A stretch of 64,000 nt of DNA from Streptosporangiaceae bacterium (GTDB lineage: Bacteria > Actinomycetota > Actinomycetes > Streptosporangiales > Streptosporangiaceae), in assembly GCA_036495485.1 (NCBI GenBank), contig DASXMU010000193.1:2618-66617 (forward strand), written 5' to 3'. The notes beneath the pieces are model-generated. The model did no database searches. It worked only from the letters and a program-made list of their open reading frames with translations, and was not told the DNA's origin. Of this stretch, positions 43,970 to 54,023 are shown one piece after another (the stretch's first letter is position 1; each line of letters opens with the position of its first letter). Position numbers and translations under genes: made by a program.

Positions 43970-44569
43970 TTATCGGCGTGGTTGCTGTCGGCCTTCGGCT
44001 GCGCGGCTGATCCGGATTAGGTCCTCGGGGGTGTCGACGTCGTCCGGGCTGCCGGTGTCCCCGCACTCGACCAGGGTGACCAGCTCGCGGTGGCTGCGCA
44101 GGAACGGGCGCGCGCCGGTGTCGCCGGCTGAGCTGGCGATCAGCTCCGGCCAGTGCACCCGGGCGATCAGGACGGGGTTGCGCGGCTGGCCGTGGTAGGC
44201 CGCCACGGCCACCTCGGCTCCCCCGGCGTGGGCCGCGATGAGCCTGCGGACCGCCTCCGGGCCGATCAGCGGCTGGTCCGCCAGGGCGATCACGGCGGCC
44301 GAGACGGTCCCCGGCAGGGCAGTCAGCCCCGTGACCAGCGACGATCCCATACCGCTGCGCCAGTCCGGGTTGTGCACGGCCAGCGCGCCTGGCGGCTCGA
44401 TCATGGCCGCGCCGGTGACGACGACCACCGGGGCCGCGCCACCAGCCCGCAGCAGGGCGATCCCACGGTCGGCGAGGCTCTGCCCAGCTATGGTGACCAG
44501 CGCCTTGGGGCGGCCGAGCCGGGATCCCCCGCCCGCCGCCAGCAGCAGGCCCGCCACCCGTGTTCGCAT
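43970..44569 (-). CDS. mocA: MobA/MocA-like molybdenum-cofactor nucleotidyltransferase (NTP_transf_3)
   Basis: VAGLLLAAGGGSRLGRPKAL...ALADQPLI...DVDTPEDL. Confidence 0.8.
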   Translation of the reverse strand: MRTRVAGLLLAAGGGSRLGRPKALVTIAGQSLADRGIALLRAGGAAPVVVVTGAAMIEPPGALAVHNPDWRSGMGSSLVTGLTALPGTVSAAVIALADQPLIGPEAVRRLIAAHAGGAEVAVAAYHGQPRNPVLIARVHWPELIASSAGDTGARPFLRSHRELVTLVECGDTGSPDDVDTPEDLIRISRAAEGRQQPRR

Positions 44570-44816
44570 GGCAACAAGTGTTTATTCGAAACTCGCGTCA
44601 GGCAAATTTACGCCCGGTGCTCGCACGCTGACCGGCCCGATCGCTCGCGCAGGCCGTTCGGGGCCGCACTCGCGGTGCGGTCTTGCTTGACGCTCGGGGG
44701 TACCGGCGCCGATCTATGGCAGGAACCGCGCATACCGCGAGGTTTGTTCTAAACCCTCCGGCGGGACTGCATGCTGCGGGCCAAGCTCGGGCGTGAAGAT
44801 CGCGATTGTGTTTTGA

Positions 44817-45659
44817 ATGAGCCCGCGAACCTGCACGTATGATGTGGCCGTGGATGATCATGAGGAGTCCGCGAGTACGTTCGACACGTCACGGCCCAAC
44901 GTCGCGCGTGTCTACGACTACCTCCTCGGCGGAAAGGACAACTACGCCGCCGACCGGGCTCTGGGCAACCAGATCATCGCGACCCTGCCCACCGTCCAGG
45001 TCGGGGTGCGGGCGCAGCGTGCGCTGCTCAGCCGGGTGGTCCGCTACCTGGTGCGCGACGCCGGCATCAGGCAGCTCATCGACATCGGCTCCGGGCTGCC
45101 CACGGCGGAGAACGTGCACGAGATCGCGCACCGGTACGCCCCGGAAAGCCGGGTGGCCTACATCGACAACGACCCGATCGTGCTGGCCCACGCCAGGGCG
45201 CTGCTGGCCCACGACACCACGACCATCGCCGTCGACGGCGACCTGTGCGAGCCCACCACCATCCTGGAGAACCCCGAGATCCTCGGCCACCTCGACTGGG
45301 ACGAGCCGATCGGCCTGCTGCTGTGCGGCATCCTGCACTACGTCCTGGACGACGAGCGTCCCGGCGAGGTCATCAGGGCGCTGTCTGACGGGCTGCCGTC
45401 CGGCAGTTACGTGTTCATCCACCACCTGCTCGACTCCGGTGACCCCGAGGGGGCAGACCTGCAGGCCTCCATGGTCAAGGGCCTGGGCCGGGTCCAGTTC
45501 CGCACCATGGACCAGATCCGCGCCTTCTTCGGCGGCCTCGAGCTCGTCGAGCCCGGCCTGGTACTGGTGCCCGACTGGCGCCCCAGCATCAACACGCCCA
45601 GCGCCCACGACGTCCCCGTGCTCCGGCTCGCCTGCGCCGGAGTGGCCGGGAAACCATAA
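44817..45659 (+). CDS. SAM-dependent methyltransferase, DUF574 family
   Basis: RPNVARVYDYLLGGKDNYAADR...IRQLIDIGSGLPT...YIDNDPIV. Confidence 0.85.
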   Translation: MSPRTCTYDVAVDDHEESASTFDTSRPNVARVYDYLLGGKDNYAADRALGNQIIATLPTVQVGVRAQRALLSRVVRYLVRDAGIRQLIDIGSGLPTAENVHEIAHRYAPESRVAYIDNDPIVLAHARALLAHDTTTIAVDGDLCEPTTILENPEILGHLDWDEPIGLLLCGILHYVLDDERPGEVIRALSDGLPSGSYVFIHHLLDSGDPEGADLQASMVKGLGRVQFRTMDQIRAFFGGLELVEPGLVLVPDWRPSINTPSAHDVPVLRLACAGVAGKP

Positions 45660-45808
45660 TCCCAGCGCTGAGCCGGACGCGAAAATCGCATCAGGCAAAA
45701 TTACCCGCGTGGCAGCTCAATTGCGCGCAAAGATAGTGCGGTGCGCCAGCAAAAATGGTAACGGGAGCCATTATCGGTACTGCGGCCTGGAACACAGCCG
45801 TCACTCTC

Positions 45809-45920
45809 GGTGGATGCGGCTGGGCGCGGTCGGTCAGCCGTGGTGGATGCGGCTGGGCGCGGTCGGTCAGCCGTGGTGGATGCGGCTAGGCGCGGTCGGT
45901 CAGCCGTGGTGGATGCGGCC
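45809..45920. repeat. 33-bp tandem repeat (3 full copies + the genuine gene end) reiterating the last codons and stop of xdhC
   Basis: ggtggatgcggctgggcgcggtcggtcagccgt at 45809, 45842 and 45875 (1 mismatch). The fourth copy is the real 3' end (..DGRIHHG*, stop at 45900). Confidence 0.95.
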
Positions 45921-47006
45921 GTCGGTCTGGGTGAGCGGCATGCCGGATCCGCCCCAGCGGAGCTGGATGAGCTCGGCCGCGACCGACACGGCGGTCTCCT
46001 CCGGGGTGCGGGCGCCGAGGTCGAGCCCGATCGGTGAGCGCAGCCTGGCCAGCTCCTCCCCGGTCAGCCCGCGCTCGCGCAGCCGGTCGATCCGGTCGGT
46101 GTGAGTCCGCCTGCTGCCCATCGCGCCGATATAACCCGCCGGGGTGCGCAGCGCCACCTCGAGCAGCGGCACGTCGAACTTGGGGTCGTGGGTGAGCACG
46201 CAGATGACCGTCCGCTGGTCGACGTCGACCCCGGCCAGGTACCGGTGCGGCCAGTCGACCACGACCTCGTCGGCGTCGGGGAATCTGGCCGGCGTGGCGA
46301 ACAGCCCGCGAGCATCGCACACGGTCACGTGGTAGCCGAGGAACTTGCCGACCCTGGCCACGGCCGCGGCGAAGTCGATCGCGCCGAAGACCAGCATCCG
46401 CGGCGGCGGCGCGAACGAGTTGACGAACACGCTCAGCTCGTCGCCGCGCCGTTCCCCGTGCGCGCCGTAGCGCCGCACCCCGGTCAGCCCCTGGGCCAGC
46501 ATGCCCCTGACGTCGTCGTCCACCGCGGCGTCCAGCCGGTTCCCTGAGCCCAGGCTGGCCGGCCCGGTCACGCCGCTGCCCCAGATGACCCGCCGCGCGC
46601 CCACGTTGCCAGGCCCGGCGATCACGGTCGCCACGGCGACCGGGTCGCCACGGCTCACCGCTGCAGCCACCTCGCCCAGTTCGGCGAACCGCTCGGCGTC
46701 CACCCGCTCGACGAACACGTCGAGGATTCCGCCACAGGTCAGACCCACCGCGAACGCGTCGTCGTCGCTGACACCATAGGTCTGCAGGACGGGCACGCCG
46801 CTCTGGATGACCTCGCTGGCAAGCTCGTACACCGCTCCCTCGACGCAACCGCCGGAGATGCTGCCGACCACCTCGCCGTCCGCCGAAACCGCGAGCGCTG
46901 CACCGGCCTCCCGCGGTGCGCTACGGTAGGTCCGGACGAGGGTGGCAAGACCGAACGTCTCCCCCGAGTCCCACCATTTGGCGATGGGGTTGAGGATGTC
47001 ACGCAT
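45900..47006 (-). CDS. xdhC: XdhC/CoxI-family molybdoenzyme maturation factor
   Basis: GETFGLATLV...GSISGGCVEGAV...LTCGG.LDVFVE...VFGAIDFA. Confidence 0.88.
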   Translation of the reverse strand: MRDILNPIAKWWDSGETFGLATLVRTYRSAPREAGAALAVSADGEVVGSISGGCVEGAVYELASEVIQSGVPVLQTYGVSDDDAFAVGLTCGGILDVFVERVDAERFAELGEVAAAVSRGDPVAVATVIAGPGNVGARRVIWGSGVTGPASLGSGNRLDAAVDDDVRGMLAQGLTGVRRYGAHGERRGDELSVFVNSFAPPPRMLVFGAIDFAAAVARVGKFLGYHVTVCDARGLFATPARFPDADEVVVDWPHRYLAGVDVDQRTVICVLTHDPKFDVPLLEVALRTPAGYIGAMGSRRTHTDRIDRLRERGLTGEELARLRSPIGLDLGARTPEETAVSVAAELIQLRWGGSGMPLTQTDGRIHHG

Positions 47007-47252
47007 AACCCACCCACCTGGCTGACATCTCTCCAGCCTACGTCCACCGGCGTCAATTACCCATCGTCATCAGCAGCAAACGTATTCATGTTAAATCTTG
47101 CGACACTCCGTGTGACAGCCATTCGAGAACGTGGATGTTGGTTAATGTTCCCTCTACGTTGATCCCTTGTTACCGGATGGGTAAACGCTTTACGGTTGCA
47201 GGAACGGCGCAGTGATGCGGGTGCGTAGACGCACCGCTCCGTGGGAGGCACC

Positions 47253-48590
47253 ATGATCGTTATGCATGATCATCAGGCCAGATCACCCCGGCGCGCCCAG
47301 CCGCGGATCCTCGGGCGGTCGGCCCGGGGCCGTCTCATCACCGGGATGGTCGTCTGCACACTGGGCTCCTCGATGCTGGCGGCCTGCGGCAGCAGCGGCG
47401 GCGGCTCGGGAAGCGGCCCGGTGACGCTGAACTTCTATGACGCCCCGGACACCTCGGGCGCTACCCAGAAGGTGGTCAACGACTGCAGCGCGCAGGGCCA
47501 CGGGAAATACACGATCTCCTATCAGCAACTGTCAACCTCGTCGGACCTGCAGCGGCAGCAGATGGCCCGGCGGCTGGCAGCCCGCGACAACTCTATCGAC
47601 ATCCTGGGTCTCGACGTGACCTGGGAGGCCGAGTTCGCCGAGGCCGGCTGGATCGCGCCATGGGCCGGCGTGTTCAAGCAGGAGGCCGAGACCGGAACGC
47701 TGAAACCGGCGCTGGATACCGCGATCTGGCACAACCAGCTCGTCGCGGTCCCGGACAACAGCAACACCCAGTTGCTCTGGTACCGCTCTGACCTGGTCAA
47801 GACCCCACCGACGACCTGGGCGCAGATGTTCGCCGACTCGGCCCAGCTGGCCAAGGAGGGCAAGCCGCATCTGATCGAGATCCAGGGCGCGCAGTACGAG
47901 GGCATCACCGTCTGGTTCAACACGCTTCTGACCAGCGCGGGCGGCAGCGTGCTGAACGGCAGCGACACCAAGGCAACGCTCGGCGCGCCCGCCGTCAAGG
48001 CGCTGTCCATCATGCATCAGCTCGCCACCTCGAACGCGGCCGACCCCTCGCTGGATGTCCAGGAGGAGAACGACAACCGGCTGGCGATGGAGGCCGGCAC
48101 GGCGGCGTTCGAGCTGAACTACCCATTCGTCTATCCGGCCATGAAGTCGGACAACCCAACGCTGTTCAAGAGCTTCAAGTGGGCGCCCTACCCGGAAGTC
48201 ATCCCGGGCAAGCCGGCCAGCGTGACGATCGGCGGCACGGATCTCGCGGTCAGCTCGTACTCGCTGCACAAGAGCCTCGCCTTCCAGGCGGCGCTGTGCC
48301 TGCGGGACAAGGCCAGCCAGTTGATCAGCGCCACGGTCGGCGGCCTGCCCCCGACGCTGGCCAGCCTGTACAGCGATCCGGCGATGTTCTCCGCCTACCC
48401 GTTCCACGCCGACACCGAGCGCGCTCTGGCGACGGCGAGCGTCCGGCCGAAGACGCCCGAGTACCAGATCGTGTCCATTGCCATCTCGCACCTGGTGTCG
48501 CCGCCTGGCAGCATCAACCCGGCGAGCACCGAGAAGAGCATGGTCAGCCAGGTCAACAACGCCCTGCAGGAGAAGGGACTGGTCCCGTGA
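47253..48590 (+). CDS. Sugar ABC transporter substrate-binding lipoprotein (LpqY-like)
   Basis: GGGAGG before ATG 47253. Lipobox LAAC. Family-1 solute-binding features. It is followed by two permeases and an ATPase. Confidence 0.85.
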   Translation: MIVMHDHQARSPRRAQPRILGRSARGRLITGMVVCTLGSSMLAACGSSGGGSGSGPVTLNFYDAPDTSGATQKVVNDCSAQGHGKYTISYQQLSTSSDLQRQQMARRLAARDNSIDILGLDVTWEAEFAEAGWIAPWAGVFKQEAETGTLKPALDTAIWHNQLVAVPDNSNTQLLWYRSDLVKTPPTTWAQMFADSAQLAKEGKPHLIEIQGAQYEGITVWFNTLLTSAGGSVLNGSDTKATLGAPAVKALSIMHQLATSNAADPSLDVQEENDNRLAMEAGTAAFELNYPFVYPAMKSDNPTLFKSFKWAPYPEVIPGKPASVTIGGTDLAVSSYSLHKSLAFQAALCLRDKASQLISATVGGLPPTLASLYSDPAMFSAYPFHADTERALATASVRPKTPEYQIVSIAISHLVSPPGSINPASTEKSMVSQVNNALQEKGLVP

Positions 48591-48639
48591 GCAGCCACTG
48601 CGCAGGCCGCGGCCTGGCCGCGAGGAAAGGGAGGGGCCG

Positions 48640-49590
48640 ATGAGCACCAGTACCCAGACGACCGCCGTCGGTGCATCGCCCGGGGCGTCGGGGAAGGGCC
48701 GCCGGCAACTGTCGGAGGGCGCCAGGGCCGAGCGCAGGCTCGGCTGGCTGCTGTGCGCCCCCGCGGTCATCGTCATGCTCGCCGTCACCGGCTACCCGAT
48801 CATCTACGCCATCTACCTGTCGCTGGAGAAGTACAACCTGGCCCTGCCGAACGCGGTCAAGTTCGTCGGGCTCAGCAACTACGGCGCGGTGCTCTCCTCC
48901 CCGTACTGGTGGCATGCGCTGGTGGTGACGCTGATCATCATGGTCGTCTCGGTGGTCATCGAACTCGTGCTCGGCATGCTGCTGGCGCTGCTCATGCACC
49001 GGACACCGTTCGGCCGGGGCAGCGTCCGCACCGCCGCGCTCATCCCATACGGGATCGTGACCGTGGCCGCCGCCTACAGCTGGGACTACGCCTGGACCCC
49101 GAGCACCGGCTACCTGTCCTCGGCCTTCGGCAACAGCGCTCCGCTGACCTCCACGGTCCCGGCGGTCGCGGTCATCATCCTGGCCGAGGTGTGGAAGACC
49201 ACACCGTTCATGGCACTGCTGCTGCTGGCCGGGCTCTCGCTGGTGCCCGAGGACCTGCAGAAGGCAGCCAAGATGGACGGGGCGTCCGCCTGGCAGCGGT
49301 TCATGAAGATCACGGTTCCACTGATGAAACCGGCCATCCTGGTCGCGCTGCTGTTCCGCAGCCTGGACGCCTTCCGGATCTTCGACAACATCTGGATCCT
49401 GACCCAGGGCAGTAACGGCACTGGGTCGGTGTCCATCCTCGGCTACGACAACCTGTTCAACGCGCTGAACCTGGGTATCGGGTCGGCGATCTCGGTGCTT
49501 ATCTTCATCTGCGTGGCGATCATCGCGGTGCTGTTCATCATCGGCTTCGGCGCGGCGGCACCCGGTTCGAACCTGGAGGGGAGCCGTTAA
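48640..49590 (+). CDS. Sugar ABC transporter permease (SugA/MalF-like)
   Basis: ATG 48640, with GGAAAGGGAGGGG upstream. The EAA-type loop is [22 protein letters not shown]. Confidence 0.9.
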   Translation: MSTSTQTTAVGASPGASGKGRRQLSEGARAERRLGWLLCAPAVIVMLAVTGYPIIYAIYLSLEKYNLALPNAVKFVGLSNYGAVLSSPYWWHALVVTLIIMVVSVVIELVLGMLLALLMHRTPFGRGSVRTAALIPYGIVTVAAAYSWDYAWTPSTGYLSSAFGNSAPLTSTVPAVAVIILAEVWKTTPFMALLLLAGLSLVPEDLQKAAKMDGASAWQRFMKITVPLMKPAILVALLFRSLDAFRIFDNIWILTQGSNGTGSVSILGYDNLFNALNLGIGSAISVLIFICVAIIAVLFIIGFGAAAPGSNLEGSR

Positions 49591-50429
49591 TGGCCGCCAT
49601 TGCCACTACCACCAGGCAGAAATTCGGCTGGGGCACGGCGAACCTGGTCGCCGTGGCGCTGGCGATCATCCCGGTCCTGTGGATCGCCTCGCTGTCGTTC
49701 AAGACCCCCGGGTCGATCACCGACCCCAGCTTCTGGCCGGCCCAGTGGACCTTGGGCAACTACCGCGGAATCCTCACCACGTCCCAGTTCATCGAGCCGC
49801 TGCTCAACTCGATCGGCATCGGCCTGATCGCCACGTTCATCGCCGTGCTGCTGGCCTCGCTGGCCGCCTACGCGGTGGCCAGGCTGGCCTTCCCCGGCAA
49901 GGGCCTGCTGATCGGGGTCGCGCTGCTGATCGCGATGTTCCCGCAGATCTCGCTGGTCATCCCGATCTTCAACATCGAGCGGGCACTCTACCTGTTCAAT
50001 TCCTGGCCCGGGCTGATCATTCCTTACGTCGCCTTCGGCCTGCCGATGGGCATCTACATCCTCTCGGCGTTCTTCCGCGAGATCCCCTGGGAACTCGAGA
50101 AGGCGGCGAAGATGGACGGGGCCACGCCGTACCAGGCATTCACGAAGGTGATCGCCCCGCTGGCGGCGCCCGGCATGGTCACCACCGCGATCCTGGTGTT
50201 CCTGTACGCATGGAACGAGTTCCTGTTCGCTTTCTCGCTGACCTCGACGCTCAGCTCCAGGACCGCGCCGGCCGCGCTGGCGTTCTTCAGCGGCAGCTCG
50301 CAGTTCACCACGCCGACCGGCCCCATCTCGGCCGCGGCCGTCGTCATCACGATTCCGATCATCATCTTCGTGCTGTTCTTCCAGCGCCGGATCGTCGCCG
50401 GGCTCACCTCCGGCGCGGTCAAGGGCTAG
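49590..50429 (+). CDS. Sugar ABC transporter permease (SugB/MalG-like)
   Basis: [22 protein letters not shown]. Six hydrophobic segments. Confidence 0.9.
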   Translation: MAAIATTTRQKFGWGTANLVAVALAIIPVLWIASLSFKTPGSITDPSFWPAQWTLGNYRGILTTSQFIEPLLNSIGIGLIATFIAVLLASLAAYAVARLAFPGKGLLIGVALLIAMFPQISLVIPIFNIERALYLFNSWPGLIIPYVAFGLPMGIYILSAFFREIPWELEKAAKMDGATPYQAFTKVIAPLAAPGMVTTAILVFLYAWNEFLFAFSLTSTLSSRTAPAALAFFSGSSQFTTPTGPISAAAVVITIPIIIFVLFFQRRIVAGLTSGAVKG

Positions 50430-50453
50430 CAGCGGGATCCAAGGGAGAGATCA

Positions 50454-51743
50454 GTGGCTGACATCGTTCTGGATCAGGTCACAAAGCGGTTCCCCGACGG
50501 GGCGCTGGCGGTCGACAAGATGGACCTGACCATCGCCGATGGAGAGTTTGTCATCCTGGTCGGGCCGTCCGGCTGCGGGAAGTCGACCACGCTCAACATG
50601 ATCGCGGGCCTGGAGGACATCAGCGCGGGCGAGCTGCGGATCGGCGGCAAGGTCGTCAACGACAAGGCGCCGAAGGACCGTGACATCGCCATGGTCTTCC
50701 AGAGCTACGCCCTGTACCCGCACATGACCGTGCGGGAGAACATGGGCTTCGCGCTGAAGCTGGCCAAGACGCCCAAGAGCGTCATCGACGAGAAGGTCAA
50801 CGAGGCGGCCCAGATCCTGGATCTGACCCAGCACCTGGACCGCAAGCCGGCCAACCTGTCCGGTGGCCAGCGGCAGCGGGTGGCGATGGGCCGGGCGATC
50901 GTCCGCGACCCGGCCGCGTTCCTGATGGACGAGCCGCTGTCCAACCTGGACGCCAAGCTGCGCGTGCAGATGCGCACCGAGGTGTCCAGGATCCAGCGCA
51001 GGCTGGGCACCACCATGGTCTACGTGACCCACGACCAGACCGAGGCGATGACCCTCGGCGACCGGGTCGCGGTCATGCGGACCGGCCTGCTGCAGCAGGT
51101 GGCGTCCCCGCAGGAGCTCTACGACCGGCCGGTCAACCTGTTCGTGGCCGGCTTCATCGGCTCGCCGGCGATGAACTTCATGGCCGGCACGATCGAGTCC
51201 GATGGCCTGCGCACCTCGATCGGGCTCATCCCGGTGTCCGGCGAGGTCCGCCAGGCGCTGGAGCGGTCCAACGTGGGCCGCGAGATCATCGTGGGCATCC
51301 GGCCGGAGAACTTCGAGGACGTCGCGCTGGTGTCCGCCGACATCCTGCCGAACGGGATCACCTTCCAGGCCACCGTCGACGTCGTCGAGTCCCTGGGCGC
51401 GGAGAAGTACGTCTACTTCAGCCGCGAGCTCGGCCAGGCGGTGAACGTGGCCGAACTGGAGGAGCTGGCCAGGGACTCCGGCCGGGCCGACACCGGCTCG
51501 ACCACCGAGACCGTGGTCGCCAGGATCGATCCCGCCACCCGGATCACCGAGGGAGAGACCGCCCAGATGTGGGCCGACGTGCGCGCGGTGCACGTGTTCG
51601 ACCCGGGCACCGGCCTGAACCTCACCCTGGGCGGTGGCGCCCCCGGTGCCCCGGCCGCCCCGGCCGGCGGCGGCGCGGCCGAGCCGGCCGCCCCGGCGTC
51701 CGAGCAGACCACCGGGGCGGAGGCCGACGCCGACTCGATCTGA
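50454..51743 (+). CDS. Sugar ABC transporter ATP-binding protein (MalK/SugC/MsiK-like) with Ala/Pro/Gly-rich tail
   Basis: Walker A GPSGCGKST, signature LSGGQRQR, Walker B FLMDEPLSNLD. Confidence 0.92.
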   Translation: MADIVLDQVTKRFPDGALAVDKMDLTIADGEFVILVGPSGCGKSTTLNMIAGLEDISAGELRIGGKVVNDKAPKDRDIAMVFQSYALYPHMTVRENMGFALKLAKTPKSVIDEKVNEAAQILDLTQHLDRKPANLSGGQRQRVAMGRAIVRDPAAFLMDEPLSNLDAKLRVQMRTEVSRIQRRLGTTMVYVTHDQTEAMTLGDRVAVMRTGLLQQVASPQELYDRPVNLFVAGFIGSPAMNFMAGTIESDGLRTSIGLIPVSGEVRQALERSNVGREIIVGIRPENFEDVALVSADILPNGITFQATVDVVESLGAEKYVYFSRELGQAVNVAELEELARDSGRADTGSTTETVVARIDPATRITEGETAQMWADVRAVHVFDPGTGLNLTLGGGAPGAPAAPAGGGAAEPAAPASEQTTGAEADADSI

Positions 51744-51827
51744 CACCACAGCCAGCCGGCCGGATCGCTGCACCGCGCGTTTGACGCGACTTTCGCATAG
51801 ACGAACTGCAGCGGACCGGCCGGCTGA

Positions 51828-52730
51828 CTATCTGGCGGGCCAGCGGGATGGCCGGAGCCGCCGCCGCAGTTCCTCGATGACCTCATCGTTCCATTCGTGC
51901 GTGCGCATCAGCCGGTAGCGCTCCCTGGCGATGCACAGGTAGGCGTCGGCGTCGGTGCCCGAGCCGATCAGGTCGGCGGTCCGCAGCATGCGCACGACTG
52001 GCACGTACTCGTCGGCGAACCAGCGCCGGGCGACCTCGGCCCGGTCCATGAACTTGTGCTCGTGATGGCTCAGCCTGAAACCCCAGGCCTCGACCGCCTC
52101 GCCCAGCTCCGCATAGGACCAGGGATCGCTGAACGTGATCTTGCTGTAGGCCTGCGCGGACAGCGGCACCCGGGAGCGGAACATCAGCTCGTAGCTCTTG
52201 AACAGCAGGTCGCTGCGGCGCCTGATGCCCCGGGACGGCACCTTCGTCAGCACCTCGGTCACGTAGGCATCGATCGTCTTCTGCCCGGTGGCCAGGGCGA
52301 TCGACACCCGGTGATGCCCGTCGGAGACGAAGTGCAGGTCACCGATCCGGTACACGTCGATGGGCGGGATCGGCTCGCCCCGGCGCTGGGCCAGCGCCAG
52401 CCGCTCCCACCGCTCCCGCACCCGGCTCGAGGTGGGCCGGAAGCGCCGGTCGAAATCGCGGGTGGAGTCCATCGTGCCCACGATCGAGTCGAGCCGGATG
52501 GTCTGCAGCCCCAGCGACCGCTCGCCCGTCCTGCCCAGCGCGGCGACCACCTCGTCGAACGGCAGGATCAGGTTGACGTCGTCCGGCTCGCGCCGCAGCC
52601 GCTGCCCCAGCCGGGCCAGCACCTGCCGGCGGCGGGCACGCAGAAAGTCGTTCTCGACATCGGCCCGGGGGAACCCGGTATCAGCGGGCACGGCGCCGCC
52701 CAGTCCTGCGCTCGGCGCCGCTGTGGCCAC
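51828..52730 (-). CDS. ParB/sulfiredoxin-like nuclease-domain protein
   Basis: IDVYRIGDLHFVSDGHHRVSIA (DGHHR motif). The start is uncertain, since it overlaps the upstream gene by ~50 nt. Confidence 0.6.
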   Translation of the reverse strand: MATAAPSAGLGGAVPADTGFPRADVENDFLRARRRQVLARLGQRLRREPDDVNLILPFDEVVAALGRTGERSLGLQTIRLDSIVGTMDSTRDFDRRFRPTSSRVRERWERLALAQRRGEPIPPIDVYRIGDLHFVSDGHHRVSIALATGQKTIDAYVTEVLTKVPSRGIRRRSDLLFKSYELMFRSRVPLSAQAYSKITFSDPWSYAELGEAVEAWGFRLSHHEHKFMDRAEVARRWFADEYVPVVRMLRTADLIGSGTDADAYLCIARERYRLMRTHEWNDEVIEELRRRLRPSRWPAR

Positions 52731-53400
52731 TCAGCCAGTCCCCCACCGCCCCGGTCACCGGATCGACGGTCAGCAGTTGCCACCCCGTGACATTCCGCAC
52801 GACCGTGTCTCCCATCCGGTTCTCCCGCCCACCCGGCGCCTCTGGATCCACGTGCCCATGCAGCAGCATGCCGGGCCGCAGGCGTTTGACCAGCCCATGC
52901 AGCGCGGTGAACCCCCAATGCGGCGGGTCGGCCCCATCCCCCACCCCGCGCGGCGGCGCATGCGTGAGGAGCACGTCCACCCGCTGGCGGCGCACCATCG
53001 CGCGAACGGCCAGCCGCCGCGCCCGGCGCGCCTGCTGCCGGTCGCTGTACTGGTTGGGCCCCTCGCCATACCGCCGGCACCCACCCAGCCCGGCCACCCG
53101 CAGCCCGGCCACCTCCACGATCGCCCCATCCGCACAGATCGCCCCGTCCGGCCAGGGCTGCTGCACCGGCATCCCGGCCCGCAGCGTGAGCCCAGCCCGC
53201 GAGATCCGGTACCCCGACAGGTCAGGATCGTGGTTCCCCGGCACGAACACCAGAGGCGCGTCCAGCGCGTTCATCAGCCGCCCAAGATACTCAAAGGGCA
53301 GGTCGCCGCACCCCACGATCAGCTCGGCCCCCCGGGCCAGATGTGCATCGGCCCACAGGGCGTCCTCGACAACGTCTGAAACGGCCAGCACCCGGACCAC
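52681..53400 (-). CDS. Metallophosphoesterase
   Basis: VLAVSDV..GCGDL..VPGNHD..LLTHAPP..GHVD motifs. Confidence 0.85.
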   Translation of the reverse strand: MVRVLAVSDVVEDALWADAHLARGAELIVGCGDLPFEYLGRLMNALDAPLVFVPGNHDPDLSGYRISRAGLTLRAGMPVQQPWPDGAICADGAIVEVAGLRVAGLGGCRRYGEGPNQYSDRQQARRARRLAVRAMVRRQRVDVLLTHAPPRGVGDGADPPHWGFTALHGLVKRLRPGMLLHGHVDPEAPGGRENRMGDTVVRNVTGWQLLTVDPVTGAVGDWLSGHSGAERRTGRRRAR

Positions 53401-53420
53401 AACCCCGATGGTACGCCGGG

Positions 53421-53888
53421 TCAGCGAGCGGCCTTCTCTCTGACCTCCAGGCCGCGCTCCCGCAGCGCCGCCTCCACCCGGTAGATCTCGGCCTGCGGCA
53501 CGTGTTCCCCGGACGGCGGCGGACTGACATCCAGCCGCTGGCAGGCCGTCACCAGCGTGTCCAGATAGGCCCCCCGCAACGCCCGCAGCCTGAGCCCCTT
53601 CGCCGGCAGGTCCGTCCGCGTCTCAACCGCCTCAAGCTCCGCCCGCAACCGCCGCAGATCCGCCCCGAGCCGCTCGAGCGGCTCCGGCTCCGGCATCCGG
53701 TAACTCCGCTCAGCCAGCCAGCGAATGCCCTTTCCAGCCCAGATGAGCGCGAACCCAGCCGCCGTCGGCAGCAGGCAGGCGACGATCAGCAAGAACACCG
53801 GCACAAACCCAGTGTCCGCCTGCCGTCCATAGCGTCGCAAGCATGACCCGCACGACACGCGTGCAGTGCCGGGACCATCTGCTTGCAC
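53421..53888 (-). CDS. Hypothetical membrane protein
   Basis: One or two hydrophobic segments (FVPVFLLIVACLLPTAAGFALIWA), followed by a helical Arg/Glu-rich tail. The start is uncertain. Confidence 0.4.
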   Translation of the reverse strand: MQADGPGTARVSCGSCLRRYGRQADTGFVPVFLLIVACLLPTAAGFALIWAGKGIRWLAERSYRMPEPEPLERLGADLRRLRAELEAVETRTDLPAKGLRLRALRGAYLDTLVTACQRLDVSPPPSGEHVPQAEIYRVEAALRERGLEVREKAAR

Positions 53889-54023
53889 AGCCGGTGTTCG
53901 GCGGCGGCCGACCCGCCGGATGGGCGAGTGGGTGGCCCGGTGCCCTCTGGTATTCCTGCGACCAGGGTGCGGCTAAAGTTCTTGAGCCGCAATCGGTGGG
54001 GCGAATGGAGGTCAGCGGAGCGG

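Noticed and set aside
43041-44066. 341-aa and 125-aa minus-strand ORFs with a repeated TSLGGGRWHFD(I/V)TGWW motif.
   Set aside because: The apparent protein repeats are simply the translation of the nucleotide tandem array. The longer ORF also runs antisense through the aldose-epimerase gene. There is no RBS and no plausible domain.
44839-46104. A 421-aa plus-strand ORF containing WMRLGAVGQP x3.
   Set aside because: It is out of frame with the well-supported DUF574 gene over the same DNA. It owes its repeat to the 33-bp xdhC-end reiteration, and the rest is Arg/Ser/Pro-rich shadow.
51744-51830. A long-range inverted repeat cagccagccggccgg ... ccggccggctgac between the convergent sugC-like and ParB-like genes.
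   Set aside because: The arms are short and low-complexity (GC-only), the loop is about 50 nt, and there is no U-tract. It is too weak to call a bidirectional terminator.
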